Source of the DNA: Octopus vulgaris
Lineage: Eukaryota
Length of the DNA: 64,000 bases
Direction of reading: 5' to 3'
Assembly (NCBI GenBank): GCA_951406725.2
Contig: OX597825.1
Span: forward strand, 83,576,001-83,640,000
Below the pieces are notes generated by a model, which worked only from the letters and a program-made list of their open reading frames with translations, did no database searches and had not been told where the DNA came from. The first letter of the stretch is position 1; every line of letters begins with the position of its first letter. Below, in pieces: positions 1 through 15,117 of this stretch. Both the position numbers and the translations under genes were made by a program.

Positions 1-2
1 AG

Positions 3-80
3 AACTTCGAGGAACGACTGCATCAATCGATTGCCAACAACGGCCGTCATTTGCCTAATATAGTTTTTAAAACCCAGTAA
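3..80 (+). pseudogene. C-terminal remnant of a Tc1/mariner-superfamily transposase (cut by window edge)
   Basis: Frame 3 reads NFEERLHQSIANNGRHLPNIVFKTQ*, matching the typical RL..CI..NGRHL..I.FK C-terminus of Tc1-like/DD37D transposases. Confidence 0.6.
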
Positions 81-2017
81 AATAAACTGTTTTTATTTTA
101 TTTTCAGAAACATAATAAACTGGCGGGGTTCTCTTTTTATATTCCTGCACAATGTGGGAGATCTTTATTCTTCATCCAGTATATAATTAGCGCAGAAGAG
201 TGTGACAGAAAGAGAGGTGCCGGGGGTTCCACAGGGGAGCCTAGTTTCTTAATTTTACATTTAAGATTTATTTTTATCTTTGCTAAATATTACGAATCCA
301 GCGACCAGCTATGAAATATATAAGCGGTCATTTCACAAAAATTGTCTCTTCGTGTGCGGTTAAGTTTCTCTTTATTAGACTTCGGAAAATTTTTGTTTTA
401 ATATGATACAAATATATGTAATTTTGGAGATCAACTCAGTGATGCATTCATAGCAACTTCAAGAAATATGGTCTTGGTGGAATAGTGACCACATTTGTCT
501 CACATTACTCGTTCTTCAAAATGTAACTATAACCAAACTGTATAAAGAACATTCACTATATTGAATATGCTGCTCCTGAATTAACTCAACTATGTATATA
601 TTGAGAGCTAAGCCTATTGAAAAGGTTTCAAGGTGCAACGAAAATTTTAGGAAAGTAAAAATAAGAAAAAAAAGTGGAAATTTTACCGGTGAGTGTGTTA
701 CATTATAGGGCACAAAAAGATAATGACTCTCCCCAGACACAACAGAATATGCTTCAACACACGAACTCATATAAAGAATCTTGCAAACCAAATCCAAAAA
801 CGAAATACGTATCTATAAAGTTTTGTATATACATACATGAACAAAAATTATCCGAAGTTGTCAGTGATCAATTTGCTAGAATTCATTTCTTGGATCTCGT
901 GTATGCAAATTGATTATAACAAGAAGATTTTTGGTGTTTGTTTTGGTTTTTCGGTTTGAGTTGTCAACCTTCAAAGCATTTCAGAAGTGTTCAATAACGT
1001 TCGCATTTTTTCAATTAAGGGTATTATCTATAGTTTGAGTTAATTAAAGTTATCGCCTTCAACGAAGTGTGTAGGCGCTACCTCTCCACATTTAGAGATC
1101 ACGCCTCCGGTTCTACGATGTGGGATTAGAATATCACAAGAAAGAATGGCAAAGCAGGTGCTTCAAGCATGGCAGTTTGGCAGGAGATTTCCACGAAGAG
1201 GGAGGTGGTAGGAGAATCCAATCGGAGATTGTTTTGTGAGTTGTTTCTGATAGAAGTTCACGGAAGAGGACTCTCTCTTTCTTTCTTTCTTTTCCCTCTT
1301 TCTTCCTTTTTATCTTCTCCCCTCTCTCTCTCTCTCACGATTCTCCCAGGAATAGACGACTGAGCATATAGATGGATGGACGGATGATTCGATCGATAAC
1401 TGGAGTGATAACTGGATCAATGAACGTAAAGTATAGTAGGGCCCTTCTCTAAGATGTTATACCAGAGCAAACTCACACAACAGTGGTACTGTAAGTCTAA
1501 ATCTAATGACAAGAACCGACTTGCTGCAAGGATCTTGCACAGTCTATTATTTTAGGAATATTGACAGAATATTTCTCGAGGACGTATCTTATAAATACAC
1601 GATACACATGAACTTGGATAATATCGACGTACAGTACATATTCTGCGTCTCTAATTGATGCAGCAAGAATATATCTACCAGTGTATGTATAAATGTATTC
1701 ATCTATGTATGTATCGACGTATATATATATATATATATATACGTATGTGTGTGTGTGCACGTACACATATATACACATGCGAATATGTATATACGGACGA
1801 CTTATAACTTATGTGAATTCATATTGATGCGTTATTAATATTCAACTATAAATTAAATATATATATTCATTTTTTTTTTTCGTAATATTCTTTTTCCTCA
1901 GAATCAACATTAAAATAACCGCCGGCAGAAAGTAAAGCGGAAATCGATAAAATCGATGGCTAAATCGTTATTTTTAATTTTTAATATGTACTAATTTACA
2001 ACTCTGACACAGCTTTG

Positions 2018-2074
<57 letters not shown>

Positions 2075-2097
2075 GTGTGTATGTGCATGTGTGTGTG

Positions 2098-2132
<35 letters not shown>

Positions 2133-2960
2133 GCACATACACTTACGTACATATATATGTACGTATGAAATAAAGTGGATACGTGTGTGTGCGCGCATAT
2201 ATATATATATAAGTATAAATATATATGTATATATATATATATATATAATATATATAATATATATATATGTATGTATATACACACACTTATATATACATAT
2301 ATATGTGTGTGTATGTGTGTGTGAGTGTGTGTGTGTATGTATATATGTATGTATTATTGTGTTTATACGCGTATTTGTTTAAATCTAATAGGTGAGTAAA
2401 AAGATGGATATGTGATATTAAAGAGATGAAAACTGCAATATCAAGAACAACAACAAGAAGAATAACAACAACAACAGCAGCAGCAACAACAACAACGGTT
2501 TCATCGACAGATTCTTCCATGATTATTTCAAGTAATATATCGGCAGGAATAATCAACTGAACAAACACGAAACCAAAGTGGAAATTACAAACATTGAATA
2601 TTTTATTTGCGGTTTGTTTCTTGAATTTCATTTTTATAAAGTGTTTTCGATTTTAATTAAAACACAACCAGTTCACATTTAATACATTCCATGTAATTTA
2701 CAAACTGCATACATGGAAAACTGTAAAGTCTCGAGAATTTTTTTTTGCGTAACGGATAGCGTAGAGTGCCGTGTATCTCCCAGCTAAAAGTCAAAGGTGT
2801 TCGTCTATTTAATAGGACGGACTTGTTTATAAATCACAGCATTCCGATGTTCTTTCTTCATCTGTTGGTCTGTCTACCTATCTACCTATTCAACCATCTA
2901 TCCATCCACCCATCCACCTATCTACCTATATATCTATTTTTTTAAACATAGGTATGTTTC

Positions 2961-3187
2961 TATTTCTTTACTATCCACAAGGAGCTAAACACAGAGGGGC
3001 AAAACAAGGACAGACAAACGGATTATTTCGATTACATCGACCCCAGTGCGTAACTTAATTTATCGACCCCGAAAGGATGAAAGGTAAAGTCGACCTCGGC
3101 GGAATTTGAACTCAGAAAGTAACGGCAGACGAAACGCGGTTACGCATTCGCCCGGGGTGCTAACGTTTGTGCCAGCTCGCTGCTTTA
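2961..3187 (-). mobile_element. tRNA-derived SINE, family A, full length with TSD
   Basis: Minus strand carries head GCGAGCTGGCA, B box GAGTTCAAATTCC and tail AAAGAAATA. Flanked by a 17-bp direct repeat AAACATAGGTATGTTTC at 2944-2960 and 3188-3204. Many copies in the window. Confidence 0.9.
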
Positions 3188-3517
3188 AAACATAGGTATG
3201 TTTCAGCTAAAATTGGCCCGACCATGTGCACCTTAATAACGCCATCTGGTAGAGCCTACTGAATCATTTTCAAATGTAGTTTTGTCGCATCACACCCCGT
3301 TCAAGACATGAGTAGGTAGCTGTTATTGACTGGGATATAACCATGTATAGTTAGTTAGGCTGGTATCCATTGGCGAAATTTTGTCCAAATATCGTTTGAA
3401 GATTATCGGATTTGTTCTTCCTTGATTTCATTTTTGTTCATTTTAGATAGAGTAGGACTTAATAATGAAAAGTAATGTTGCAATTTGGGTGTGTGTGTTT
3501 GGAGCAGGATCTGAACT

Positions 3518-3531
3518 GTTGCTATGGTAAC
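3518..3531. promoter_or_regulatory. RFX X-box-like palindromic motif
   Basis: GTTGCTATGGTAAC fits the RFX consensus GTTGCYATGGYAAC. It lies in non-microsatellite sequence. Motif match only. Confidence 0.4.
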
Positions 3532-3818
3532 ATAGCCAACATGCACAGAGTGAAACCGCTTAGCGTAGATTAAGCTTGAACACTGTCACGCATAAACACT
3601 AAGGGGAAGGCGAAGTTTTTCTAGGCATGGCCTCACAAGGGAAGAGAAACCCGTCACCTTGTTGTACGAACTGGAAAATACTAAGGGTCCTGGCACGTAA
3701 ACTTGCGAGCACAGTCAAGTTTATAATCGATGTGAGCGCTCCAGTGAAGGCTGTGGTCAATAATAACTGCTAGGTATCTCATGGAAGGAAGGCTGTATTT
3801 TATTTTGAGCAGACGGTG

Positions 3819-3902
<84 letters not shown>

Positions 3903-4631
3903 ACATGCATAATATATATATATGTGCATGCATGTAATACATATATTTGTATATGTATATATATACATGTATGTATATATATATTTTTTTGTGTGTGTGT
4001 TGGGCGGTGTTCATACATATATATTGAAACAACACAGAAACGAATGATGTATGTATATTATATTTTTATACGCTTAAGGGCAGGATTTTCTCCGGGGACG
4101 AGCTCCGAAGCTGAGATCTGCTCATGTGGAAGCGCACTCGACCATGTTGGATAAAACTTTACATGTGTATAATATTTGTTTTTTTTATTTTTTCACTGCC
4201 TGCAGATACCGACGTATCAAATCTGTCAATACGAAGGGATATGATATTTCCCATAATCGCAGACGTATTTACGATTATTGAGAAATATGGGTTAATTGGA
4301 TTAATAGACATATCACACGTATTAAGAACAATATATTGTTATACAAAATACTTAAGAATCACTGATGTAGCATTTTGAAACTATGAACATACGACCCATT
4401 TAACATTTGTCAGAGAAAATCAGGAACAAAAGAAATTAGAAGTATATATGATGTTTTTGATCGCTATAAGCTGTCGTTATATATCCTTATTGTCTATTAT
4501 GCTATACGTTATATGTGTTACGTATGAGCACGGTGGAATAATTCGTCTGGACGTATAGTCACACACATATACACACACATGCTCACACGCGCACACACAC
4601 ATTCATATATATATATATATGTATATATGTA

Positions 4632-4751
<120 letters not shown>

Positions 4752-4779
4752 CATATAAATATATACATATAAATATATA

Positions 4780-4838
<59 letters not shown>

Positions 4839-4894
4839 GCAATAGAACCTCGGTTTTTCAAACAACACGAACATATCGTGCTTTATATATATAT

Positions 4895-4974
4895 GCCATA
4901 TGGCGTAGTTGTCAAGAGCACGGGCTACTAACCCCAAGATTGCGTGTTCGATTCCTAGCAGTGACCTGAATAAT

Positions 4975-5033
<59 letters not shown>

Positions 5034-5135
5034 TAATAATAATAATAATGAAGGCTGGTGGGTATATCAGCCGAAACTTTGTGTCAACAACAAACAAGAT
5101 GGGGACAAATATCGTCATTGTAAATAATGTAAATA

Positions 5136-5140
<5 letters not shown>
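4895..5140 (+). mobile_element. tRNA-head / (AAT)n / Penelope-type hammerhead-tail element, copy 1
   Basis: A box TGGCGTAGTTG, B box GTTCGATTCC, (AAT)n, then TGAAGGCTG..CAGCCGAAAC and tail AAATAATGTA x2. Homologous to 38452-38743. Confidence 0.7.
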
Positions 5141-5186
<46 letters not shown>

Positions 5187-5351
5187 TCACCGTGATTACC
5201 GTGACCGGCCAGGCTATCAGATGTTGCTACACATTGCTGGTCACAATGCGTTTCGCATTGTTTTAGCCTTTAAATGACGCCACCCCGCTGGCTAAGCGAG
5301 CAGGCCATATATATATATATATATAATGCGCGATTTATATATATATATATA

Positions 5352-5750
5352 CCATGCGATGGGTAAACTCTCATTATTGTATGTTCTTAATTTCGCGCAT
5401 GCGCATTGTTTGTTTTTTATTTTGTCGACAACATAGTATAGTGGGGTCAGTTGGTCACCGTCTGTGAGAAAAACAGCGCCTCAACGCAATTAACTCTGCC
5501 AGAAATTTGGAATCCACCTGCTATGCTGCTTGGCATTTTCACTGGAAGCCCCAATAACGAACAGTTCAGAGTGTTTGGGTGACAATCTGAGGACAGTGCA
5601 GTCTGAGGACCTGCACCGAGAGTGATAAAAATGAAACATCCAGTCAACATCATGGTGCTTCGAGTGATCACTTGTAATGTCGACGTTATGCCTCCATCCA
5701 TCCATCTTCCCACACGTCCTCACACTCAACACGGAGGTTTACATCAAACA
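5352..5750 (+). mobile_element. Internally deleted maT (DD37D)-family DNA transposon remnant
   Basis: 5640-5750 aligns by eye with 33246-33345 (CAGTCAACATCATGGTG...CCCACACG..CCTCAC.CTCAACAC), which encodes the transposase core. The upstream part looks like the element 5' region. Confidence 0.7.
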
Positions 5751-5817
5751 CGGTGGTTTGCATAAATCTTTTTTTTTTTATATTCTACATAATTGTTGAC
5801 ATTATTTATTTGCCATT

Positions 5818-6010
5818 AAAGATAGCAAGCTGGTGGAATCGTTAGCGCGCCGGACAAAATGCTTTGCGGTTTGTTGTCCGTCTTTACGTTCTGAGTTTAG
5901 ATACCCACGAAGTCGACTTTGCTTTCATCATTTCGTGGTTGATAAAATAAGTACAAGATAAGTTCAAGGGTCTCCCTAAAATTTCAGATCTTATGCCTAT
6001 GGTAGAAACA
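5818..6010 (+). mobile_element. SINE family A, degenerate
   Basis: AGCTGGTGGAATCGTTAGCGCGCCGG...TTCTGAGTT...GTCGACTTTGC matches the family A head. Confidence 0.7.
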
Positions 6011-6843
6011 ATTATTTATATACCATTTTTAACATTCGAAATAAAAAACGTTTTTCAAACGAAAAAAAAAAAAAAAACAGAAACATTCACCGTTTCAAGT
6101 TTATTAAAACAAATATTTCTGTAAATATATGATATCTCTCGGAAAAAATTCCTTGGAATATTATTTTCTAATGTAATTGGTTAATTTAATTCTGTCTATA
6201 CCAAAGGCAAGATCATTAATAGCTCAATTAACAAATATAAAATAAAAAGGTATTGAAAAAATTGTTCTTTATAGAAAATTCAGACGTGCTAAACAATCAT
6301 TCAGGAAATGAATCGAACTATTTTCTAAACGAAAAATATTCTATTCACATTACAATTTCTAATACATTGAAATCAATATCAAACTGCATCATTTCCTTCC
6401 GCTTTACAATTGCACCCGATATGAATTTTACACCTGACTAGCATTAAAATCAACAAATACCTACGACTATTTCGTTTTGTGTAATCGTGACTGAAATTGC
6501 GTTCACAATTATGGTCTTTTATATTTCTCTGTCGTGAACTTATTTCTTTTTCTTGTCCTTTTATTTTTTTCGCCTTCCTTACTGCAGTTTCCGACTTCAA
6601 GAGAAACGTTCCTTGGAAACAGTTGGGTAATCTTATGTCTGCTACCAGTAAATATATATATCGTACTACCCGTTCGTTTCTTATCTCATATAAACATTCG
6701 ATACAATATAACCATGTAATTTGGAACAAAAAAGAATTTTAAAATAATACACGACATCTGATGTCGTGAAAATGTAATTCCCCATGTTTAAGCACATATA
6801 ACTATATCTATCAATCTTCTCTCTCTCTCTCTTTCTCTCTCGC

Positions 6844-6922
<79 letters not shown>

Positions 6923-7254
6923 TAATCGTAGTATACAGTATTTTGTATACAGTATTATGTATTTCGTTCGCAACAGATGTTTGTTAACTAGACGTTTAAG
7001 AAAAATGGAAGTTATCAGAATGCACGAGCTCTTCAGAGATGAACGTGACTTTAGATACCCGGCAAATTATTTAACATCCGGTTATCTAATAGCCATTACG
7101 AGACATATTGGTAAGATCCGCTGAAATGCATGTATAACACACTGTATGCATATATGTATGTATATATGTATGTGTGTTTATATACATTATGTGAGTAAGT
7201 ATGCATTTATGTATGTATGTAATGCTAATTTCACCAAAATTACCAGAGAATATT

Positions 7255-7705
7255 TATGTCTTTATTGCCCACAGGGGGCTAAACCGATAGGGGACAAACA
7301 AGGACAGACAAAAGGATTAAGTCGATTATATCGACCACAGTGCGTAACTGGTACGTATTTAATCGACCCCGAAAGGAAAGAAAGACAAAGTCGACCTCGG
7401 CGGAATTTGAACTCAGAACGTAGCGGCAGACGAAATACCACTAAGCATTTTGCCCAGCGTGCTAACGTGTCTTATTTCTTTACTGCCCACAAGGGGCTAC
7501 ACACAGCGGGGACAATCAAGGACAGACAAAAGGATTAAGTCCATTATATCGACCGCAGTGCGTAATTGGTACTTATTTAATCGACCCCGAAAGGATGAAA
7601 GGCAAAGTCGACCTCGGCGGAATTTGAACTCAGAACGTAACGGCAGACGTAATAACGCTAAGCATTTCGCCCGGCGTCCTAACGATTCTGCCAGCTCGCC
7701 ACCTT
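7255..7705 (-). mobile_element. Two SINE family A copies in head-to-tail tandem
   Basis: The unit CCCACA.GGGGCTA...GTCGACCTCGGCGGAATTTGAACTCAGAACG occurs twice, with the junction near 7471. Confidence 0.9.
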
Positions 7706-10150
7706 ACAAGGCTTTAACGCCCTTACTGGTAGATCTGCTCTAGACTTATGAGCGACGTTTAAACGACTATAGTAACTCTGGAATAAGATGAGATGCATTT
7801 TTTTAACAATATCCTTTTGGTTTTTTTTCTTTTTCTTTTTCTGAATGGACAGAATTATTGTCATATGGAAGAGCATTCGGGAAACATAGTATATCCTGCT
7901 TAAAATTTTATTACATCATCTGTAACAGATCCATTGTTACGCGGACAATTGCTGTGACAAATATCCATTATTATAAAAATGCCATCCTACCGATCTATTC
8001 TACCAGCGAGACATACATGTAAATGTATTTAAATTATGGGAATTTAAGTATTTTGGAGCTTAAAATAGACAATAGAGATACAAGTTTAGAAACACATGAG
8101 AATTTACTAATAATACATTGAAACTGCAGTCCGGTTCTGGCATCCAGCGCATGAGAAAACGGCGATAGTTTAGTATATTACAGTATATTTGTTTCATTTC
8201 TAAAAAGAAGTTAATAAAAATGTAATATTTTTGTCACATTTTTTTTTTCGCAATAACAATAAAGCGTAATGGTAGTTTCGTAGTTGTTTAAGTCATAATT
8301 ACGATATAATCAATTTGAAGCAATTATAGAGACAGAAAAATATGACTCCTTCATATTAAATATCAAGTATTATATGAAGTGTTATATATAAATATATACT
8401 ACTTCATATCAAGTTTAAAACAATTTTCTTTTTTGCATTTCAGCTGCTGATTTTGCAACAAGTAGCTAGTTCTGAAATCGCTATAAGAGATCTAACTTTT
8501 GAAAATGTTTGTGTCTCTCATACAATGTGCGACGAATGACCGGTAACACAGATGCCTGTATGCCGTTTAGCGGTTGAATATAGCAGATAAATTGCCCTCA
8601 AATCACATCAAACCAGCGTATGTTAAAGACGAAAGATCCTATAGAGTGTTGTCTTTAGTATACAAGACGGGTTGTTTACACCTGGGACATTTTTTCCGAC
8701 TCGGCCTCACCTGAACAGAAGCTATAACAACGACAGCAACAGCAGCAAGAATGGGTAATGAAACAATCTGAAATATTATACATGGATGACGCATTACAAA
8801 CACAATAGACCACGCTTACATGCAGAATACTGCTCTGCATCAATGCTCGGAGTATGGATCTTCATGTAATATTATTTGTCAACAATATAACCAGCAATAT
8901 CCTGAAAGTCTGACAATTTTAATATCAGTTGGTTCTGAAGATGAAACGTAATTAATCATGTTATTTACGTGAGTAATACGGCGACCGTAATTGCAAAAGT
9001 AATTCAAGAGACTAGTTAAGTAAATGCTGTCAATGATGTTGTCAATGATTGAAACCAAGGAGACGATATGTTACATATGCTGTTCAATTATCCTACAATA
9101 TTTCGGGCAACATTCTCCTTTTCAGAAAGATGAAACAAAAGATATAAACCGAAACGTTCAAACAAATATGTCGTTATCTACAGGAATGCATTAACATCAA
9201 CTATTCAACTAAGTGGACAGGAGCAACATGAAATAAATCGTCTTGTCCAAGATGAAACGCGCACCACCAAGCCACGCGCACCTTTACTCACTGTACATGA
9301 GAATGATGTGTCTGGTAAAGTTGAGCTGGACAGAAACTGAACTCAAAATGCAAAGTGTTGGAATTGAATATCACAAAACATTTTGTCCGACGCTCTACCG
9401 ATCCAGTGAGGCAACCCCCGTCTCAGGATTTCCTTTAATGAATGCAAATTTCCCTTGATTTATTCAATCAATTGGTCGTGGCAACATCCTGTAATGGGTA
9501 GTATGGAAGTCTCAACTAGTCACTTTCTCTTAAGTTTATAAGGTTACACTAGAAACGGCAATTTCTGCTGTCGAATAATAATTATTCTGTGCACACGCAC
9601 TTCCATATAATAAGGTTTTAATCAACGGCGTCGTTGTCGCTGCAGTCTTCAGCGTCACCATCGCCTCTTCCTCAACAAAACAACAATAAGAGAAGAGCAT
9701 CGCTAACAACACGTTACATAGATCGTTTCCTACCTTAATTTAATTAACAATCTTACAGTAGGTTGCATGTTAAATTTAGATGCCAGAGCTAACAGAGTTA
9801 AATCAACAATACTTTTATATTAATGTATGCCACAAATTAAATTGAAGTGAACATTCGACTGGAATGGAAAGGGTTAAGGCGTAAAGGTGGAAGGAACAAT
9901 AACAACAAGAGCAAACTTAATCTCTTAACAGCAACAGCAATGACAACAGCAATAAACACGACCAGCAGTAGCGGCTGAACCAACAACAATAAAGACAAAT
10001 ACAAATAACGAGATAAACGGAAACAGATGCGGCAGACATGATGGAAATAAGGATCTGATTTGAAAAAGTATCGATATTACGAACTAACACAAGATTCTCT
10101 ACGCAGTCACTGAGAAATAGCAAGCAACTTTCCTTCAAATTTAAACCTAA

Positions 10151-10293
10151 CTATTTCTTTACTACCTAGAAGGGGCTAAACACAGAGGGGACAAACAAGG
10201 ACAGACAAACGGATTAAGTCTATTATACTGGTACGTATTTAATCGACCCCGAAAGGATGAATGGCGTTAACGTTTCTGCCAGCTCGTCGCCTT
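10151..10293 (-). mobile_element. SINE family A, internally deleted, with TSD
   Basis: Both SINE ends are present. 15-bp TSD TCAAATTTAAACCTA at 10135-10149 and 10296-10310. Confidence 0.85.
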
Positions 10294-11829
10294 CATCAAA
10301 TTTAAACCTACCATGCATAAAGTACGGCTATATTGTGCGATATAATTGACTTCTTAAATTATGAAAAAAAAACCGTGATGGTCCAGACTGGAATGCCTCG
10401 TGTGATTTTGAAACTATTTCTCAGCATCTGTTTCAACATCCTCGTACTCTGAATGATGTTTCACGACAAGCAGTTTTCGTATGTTTCGCAAAAGAAATCA
10501 AAGCAGATAGTTCTAATCAAACGGGAATTAATTTTACACAGTGGCTTACTATCCATATTTTCTGATATCCCACTCAGCGTTTAGCTCTTTCGAAGTATTT
10601 CTCTTGATTAGTGCCGTCTATCTTAAGTCTTTGGTGGAAAGCATTAAACAACTGTTTCAAATCATGGGACAAGACCAACAATTTTGAGGGAGGAGAGGAG
10701 ACGATTACATCAAGTAGTACTTTATTTTATCAACCCTGAATGGAAGAAAAGCAAAGTTGACACAAACAGCATTTCAACACACCGACACCAGTGCCAAACT
10801 GGAGCTTATTTTATCGAGCACCATGTCAGGAAAAGCAAAGTCGACATCTGCCGAATTTAATCTCAGAACGTAAAGTAGCGAAAGAAAAGCTGGTATGCGT
10901 TTCTTCCGATGTGCTAACGGTTCTGCCAGATCATTGCTTTAGGAAATTACTAAATAATGGAATTCATCCTCACCAATGTTTTATATATACTTTCTGGCAC
11001 ATATTCTATTCCTAGATGTTTTATCCAAATTGTGGACAAAATATAACCGTACAGGTTTAAGTATACTATTTCTAGGAATAGACGTGTATCTTTTACCCCA
11101 TACTATTATAAACTCATCCATGTTTAACGTGATTCAAACATATATATATGCCATTTTATATCTCTACATATATCTTTATATATATTTATATATATATATA
11201 TATATTATTTATATATATATTATTTATATATATAAATAATATATTTTTAAATATATATATATGCGTTCATGTCTGTCTGTATGTATGTATGTATGTATGT
11301 ATGTATGTATGACCCTATATATTCTTTCCGTCTTTCAACAATAATTGAACAAAGTGAAAATATCAATATAAAGCTGTATCTTTCTGGTTTTGTTTTTGTT
11401 TTTTTGTTTGAGTTGTTTTCTTTATTTTTGCTTGTTTGTTTGTTTGTTTCCTTTTGTTTTGTCAAGAAATGATTAATGCTTTTAAAAATGAAAGATGAAG
11501 CTCTTCCAAAACACTACGGAATCAGTTATTAAGAAGACGCGAATAATTGATACCGCAATTCGACTGCCAATAAAAATGTAATGAAAATTTAAAATTTAAA
11601 ATGTATTAAAAATAACAACAACGATGATGATGATGATGACGATTATGATGGTTATGATGATCATGATGATGATAATGATGATGGGCGGAAGGAGGAGGAG
11701 GAAGAGGAGGAGGAGGACAATGGTTTCTTTTATTGTCTTCAGTGGCATTATTTTAGATGGATGCTACGAGCGAAGTTCATAATAATAATCACAACTACGA
11801 AAACAAAAACTGATAATGATAATGATGAT

Positions 11830-11905
<76 letters not shown>

Positions 11906-11909
11906 TTTT

Positions 11910-12116
11910 CAAATATTGGTACCATACCATCACTGTCGGGAGTGGCATAAGGTAGATTACATCGACACCAGTGTGTGACTGGTAGTTATTTTATCGAGCC
12001 TGAAAGGATGAAAAGCAAAGTCGACATCGGTGGAATTTGAACTCAGAACATATGACAGGACCACATGATGCTAAGCATTTTCCCCGGTGTGCCATTCATC
12101 CCGACAGCTCACCGCC

Positions 12117-12117
<1 letters not shown>
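11910..12117 (-). mobile_element. SINE family A between (AAT)n tracts
   Basis: GTCGACATCGGTGGAATTTGAACTCAGAAC...CAGCTCACCGCC. Confidence 0.8.
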
Positions 12118-12195
<78 letters not shown>

Positions 12196-12202
12196 TAATA
12201 AT

Positions 12203-12672
12203 TGTTTTGTCTTGGTATAACAGATGTGCTACAGCAAATATTCTACTCCATACCACAGATTTGCTTGTCAGTTACCAGTTGAGCATGTCCCTGAGTGGTT
12301 GACGATATGTGCATCTCCGATCACGAGCAGAAGTAGTGGCGGAGCATCGTAGCCATGTGTTGAGAGGTATTCTTTGGGGTTTTCATAATTCACCTCTGGA
12401 AACGTGGGTGTTTCGTTCAATATCCTTAAACAACCCTTATTCAGGGACCTTTTGAGTGGGATGGGCTACTCGACCAGAAGAAAATTCTAACTGTGCCTCA
12501 CCTGTAAAGTCATGCACTGTTTATCTTCATATGAGATCACCATGTCGCGCACATATTGTTGTGATGCATGTGCCTAGAGTACCCTTATCAGACAAGTGGT
12601 CATGATCTGTATACTGGGCTTCGTATATTTTATGCCAGTGTCACTTTGATGTCATGCACTAGTTTCTCATTC
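12203..12672. repeat. 470-bp non-coding insert bounded on both sides by (AAT)n; candidate 3' UTR of a microsatellite-targeting non-LTR element
   Basis: Sharp rise in GC content between two (AAT)n tracts, no convincing ORF. Family assignment is inference. Confidence 0.45.
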
Positions 12673-12673
12673 A

Positions 12674-12727
<54 letters not shown>

Positions 12728-12749
12728 TTGATGATAATGATAATAATTT

Positions 12750-12938
12750 CAAATGTTGCCGCAATTTTGTGGGAGGGGATAAGCCAATTACATCAACCCA
12801 GGTGTTCGACTGTTATCCACTGCGAAAGGATGAGAGATAAAGCCGAGCGTGTCGTAATTTTAACTTAGAAAGTAGCTGACAACGAAATATCGCTAAGCAT
12901 TTCGCCTGGCGTGTTAACGATTCTACCAGCTCACCGCC
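12750..12938 (-). mobile_element. SINE family A, degenerate
   Basis: CGCTAAGCATTTCGCCTGGCGTGTTAACGATTCTACCAGCTCACCGCC is the reverse complement of the family A head. Confidence 0.75.
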
Positions 12939-13500
<562 letters not shown>

Positions 13501-14385
13501 AGGTTAATGCGACCTTTAAAACATTGGGTAGAAACTAAATTGAAAATTAAAATCAAATTAGAATGAAATGTTTTATGATTAGCGTTATATTGTGTACCTC
13601 GTTATTTGTTAGCATAAAGCATTCTTCAGTATTTTCTGTTTTATTTCCATCTTTATATTTTGTTGACTTTTAAAATTTTAATAACATTCTTGTCATCTCC
13701 ATTAGAATTTTGTTGCTTCATCGTCGAAATTCAGCAGATGAATTTAATACGTTGCAAAGGAAGAAATATTGGTGAAATATTCCTCAAATTATATTAGAGA
13801 CTTGTTAATTCATTCCGTTTTTCGTTTTTATTGTTTGTTATAATATTTCGAACCTCAACAAATTATCTGAATTTTTAAACTTTTTTTCTTTTTATGTATC
13901 TATTTTTTTTTTTGTTTCACTTACTGAACTTTGGCCATGCTGATGCACCGCCTTGGGAGGTTTCACTCAAAAAGCTATGCCCACAGTACTTAATTCTTTC
14001 GTCCTCTTCATTTACAGGGGAACGTAAGCCAACCAACACCGAATGTCAAGTGATGGTGGGGAAACAAGCAGTCAAACACACACACACACACACAAACACA
14101 TTTATAAATATATATTGTAGGTGTCATGAGAATTTTACAAACTTTCGAAAGAACGTGAAACATCGATTTTTGGAAGATTGGTTCTCGAAGCACATCGCCT
14201 AAAGTCTTCGACTTTCTCTATCCTCCAGTGTTTTGCAATATTTACATGCTATATTTATAGCTTTATGTGATTGGCTCCGGGAAAATTTCTTCCAAAATAA
14301 AGAGTATATATATGCGCGCGCGTGTGTGTGTGTGTGTGCATATTTACATATATATATATATAAGTACATACATACATGTATATAC

Positions 14386-14482
<97 letters not shown>

Positions 14483-14950
14483 TATACATATATATATGAG
14501 ATAAGAAATATATATATATATATATGCATGCATATGTTTGTGCAGTTTATGTACGTGCGTGTGTGCACCTGTTAGAGTGTGTGTATTTCTCTAGATTCTG
14601 CTGTATTTCCAATTAGAGTTTTAACAAAACTAAATATATTTCTATTTACGCAATTTACTGTAGCAAATATTTTCTTGTTTTAAGACAAAACAACGCAACA
14701 CAAATATATTTACGAAATGCCTTTTTTAATAGATTATAATGTGATTTATAAGTCTTTTGCGTCTTATACACATGACACACATTAATGTAAACGCAACTCG
14801 TAAATAATTACTTGTTCCTGGATAAACATTTATAAATATTACAAATATTTATAAAGACATTTATGTATGTATATGCAATTAAGCATGTATGCATATATGT
14901 ATATATATAATATATAATATATAATACATATATATATATATGTGTGTGTG

Positions 14951-14999
14951 TAGATAGATAGATAGATAGATAGATAGACAGACAGATAGATAGATAGAC

Positions 15000-15098
<99 letters not shown>

Positions 15099-15114
15099 CT
15101 GATTGATTGATTGA
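14951..15114. repeat. (GATA)n tetranucleotide microsatellite
   Basis: Direct inspection. A similar tract lies at about 59958-60175. Confidence 0.95.
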
Positions 15115-15117
15115 TTC

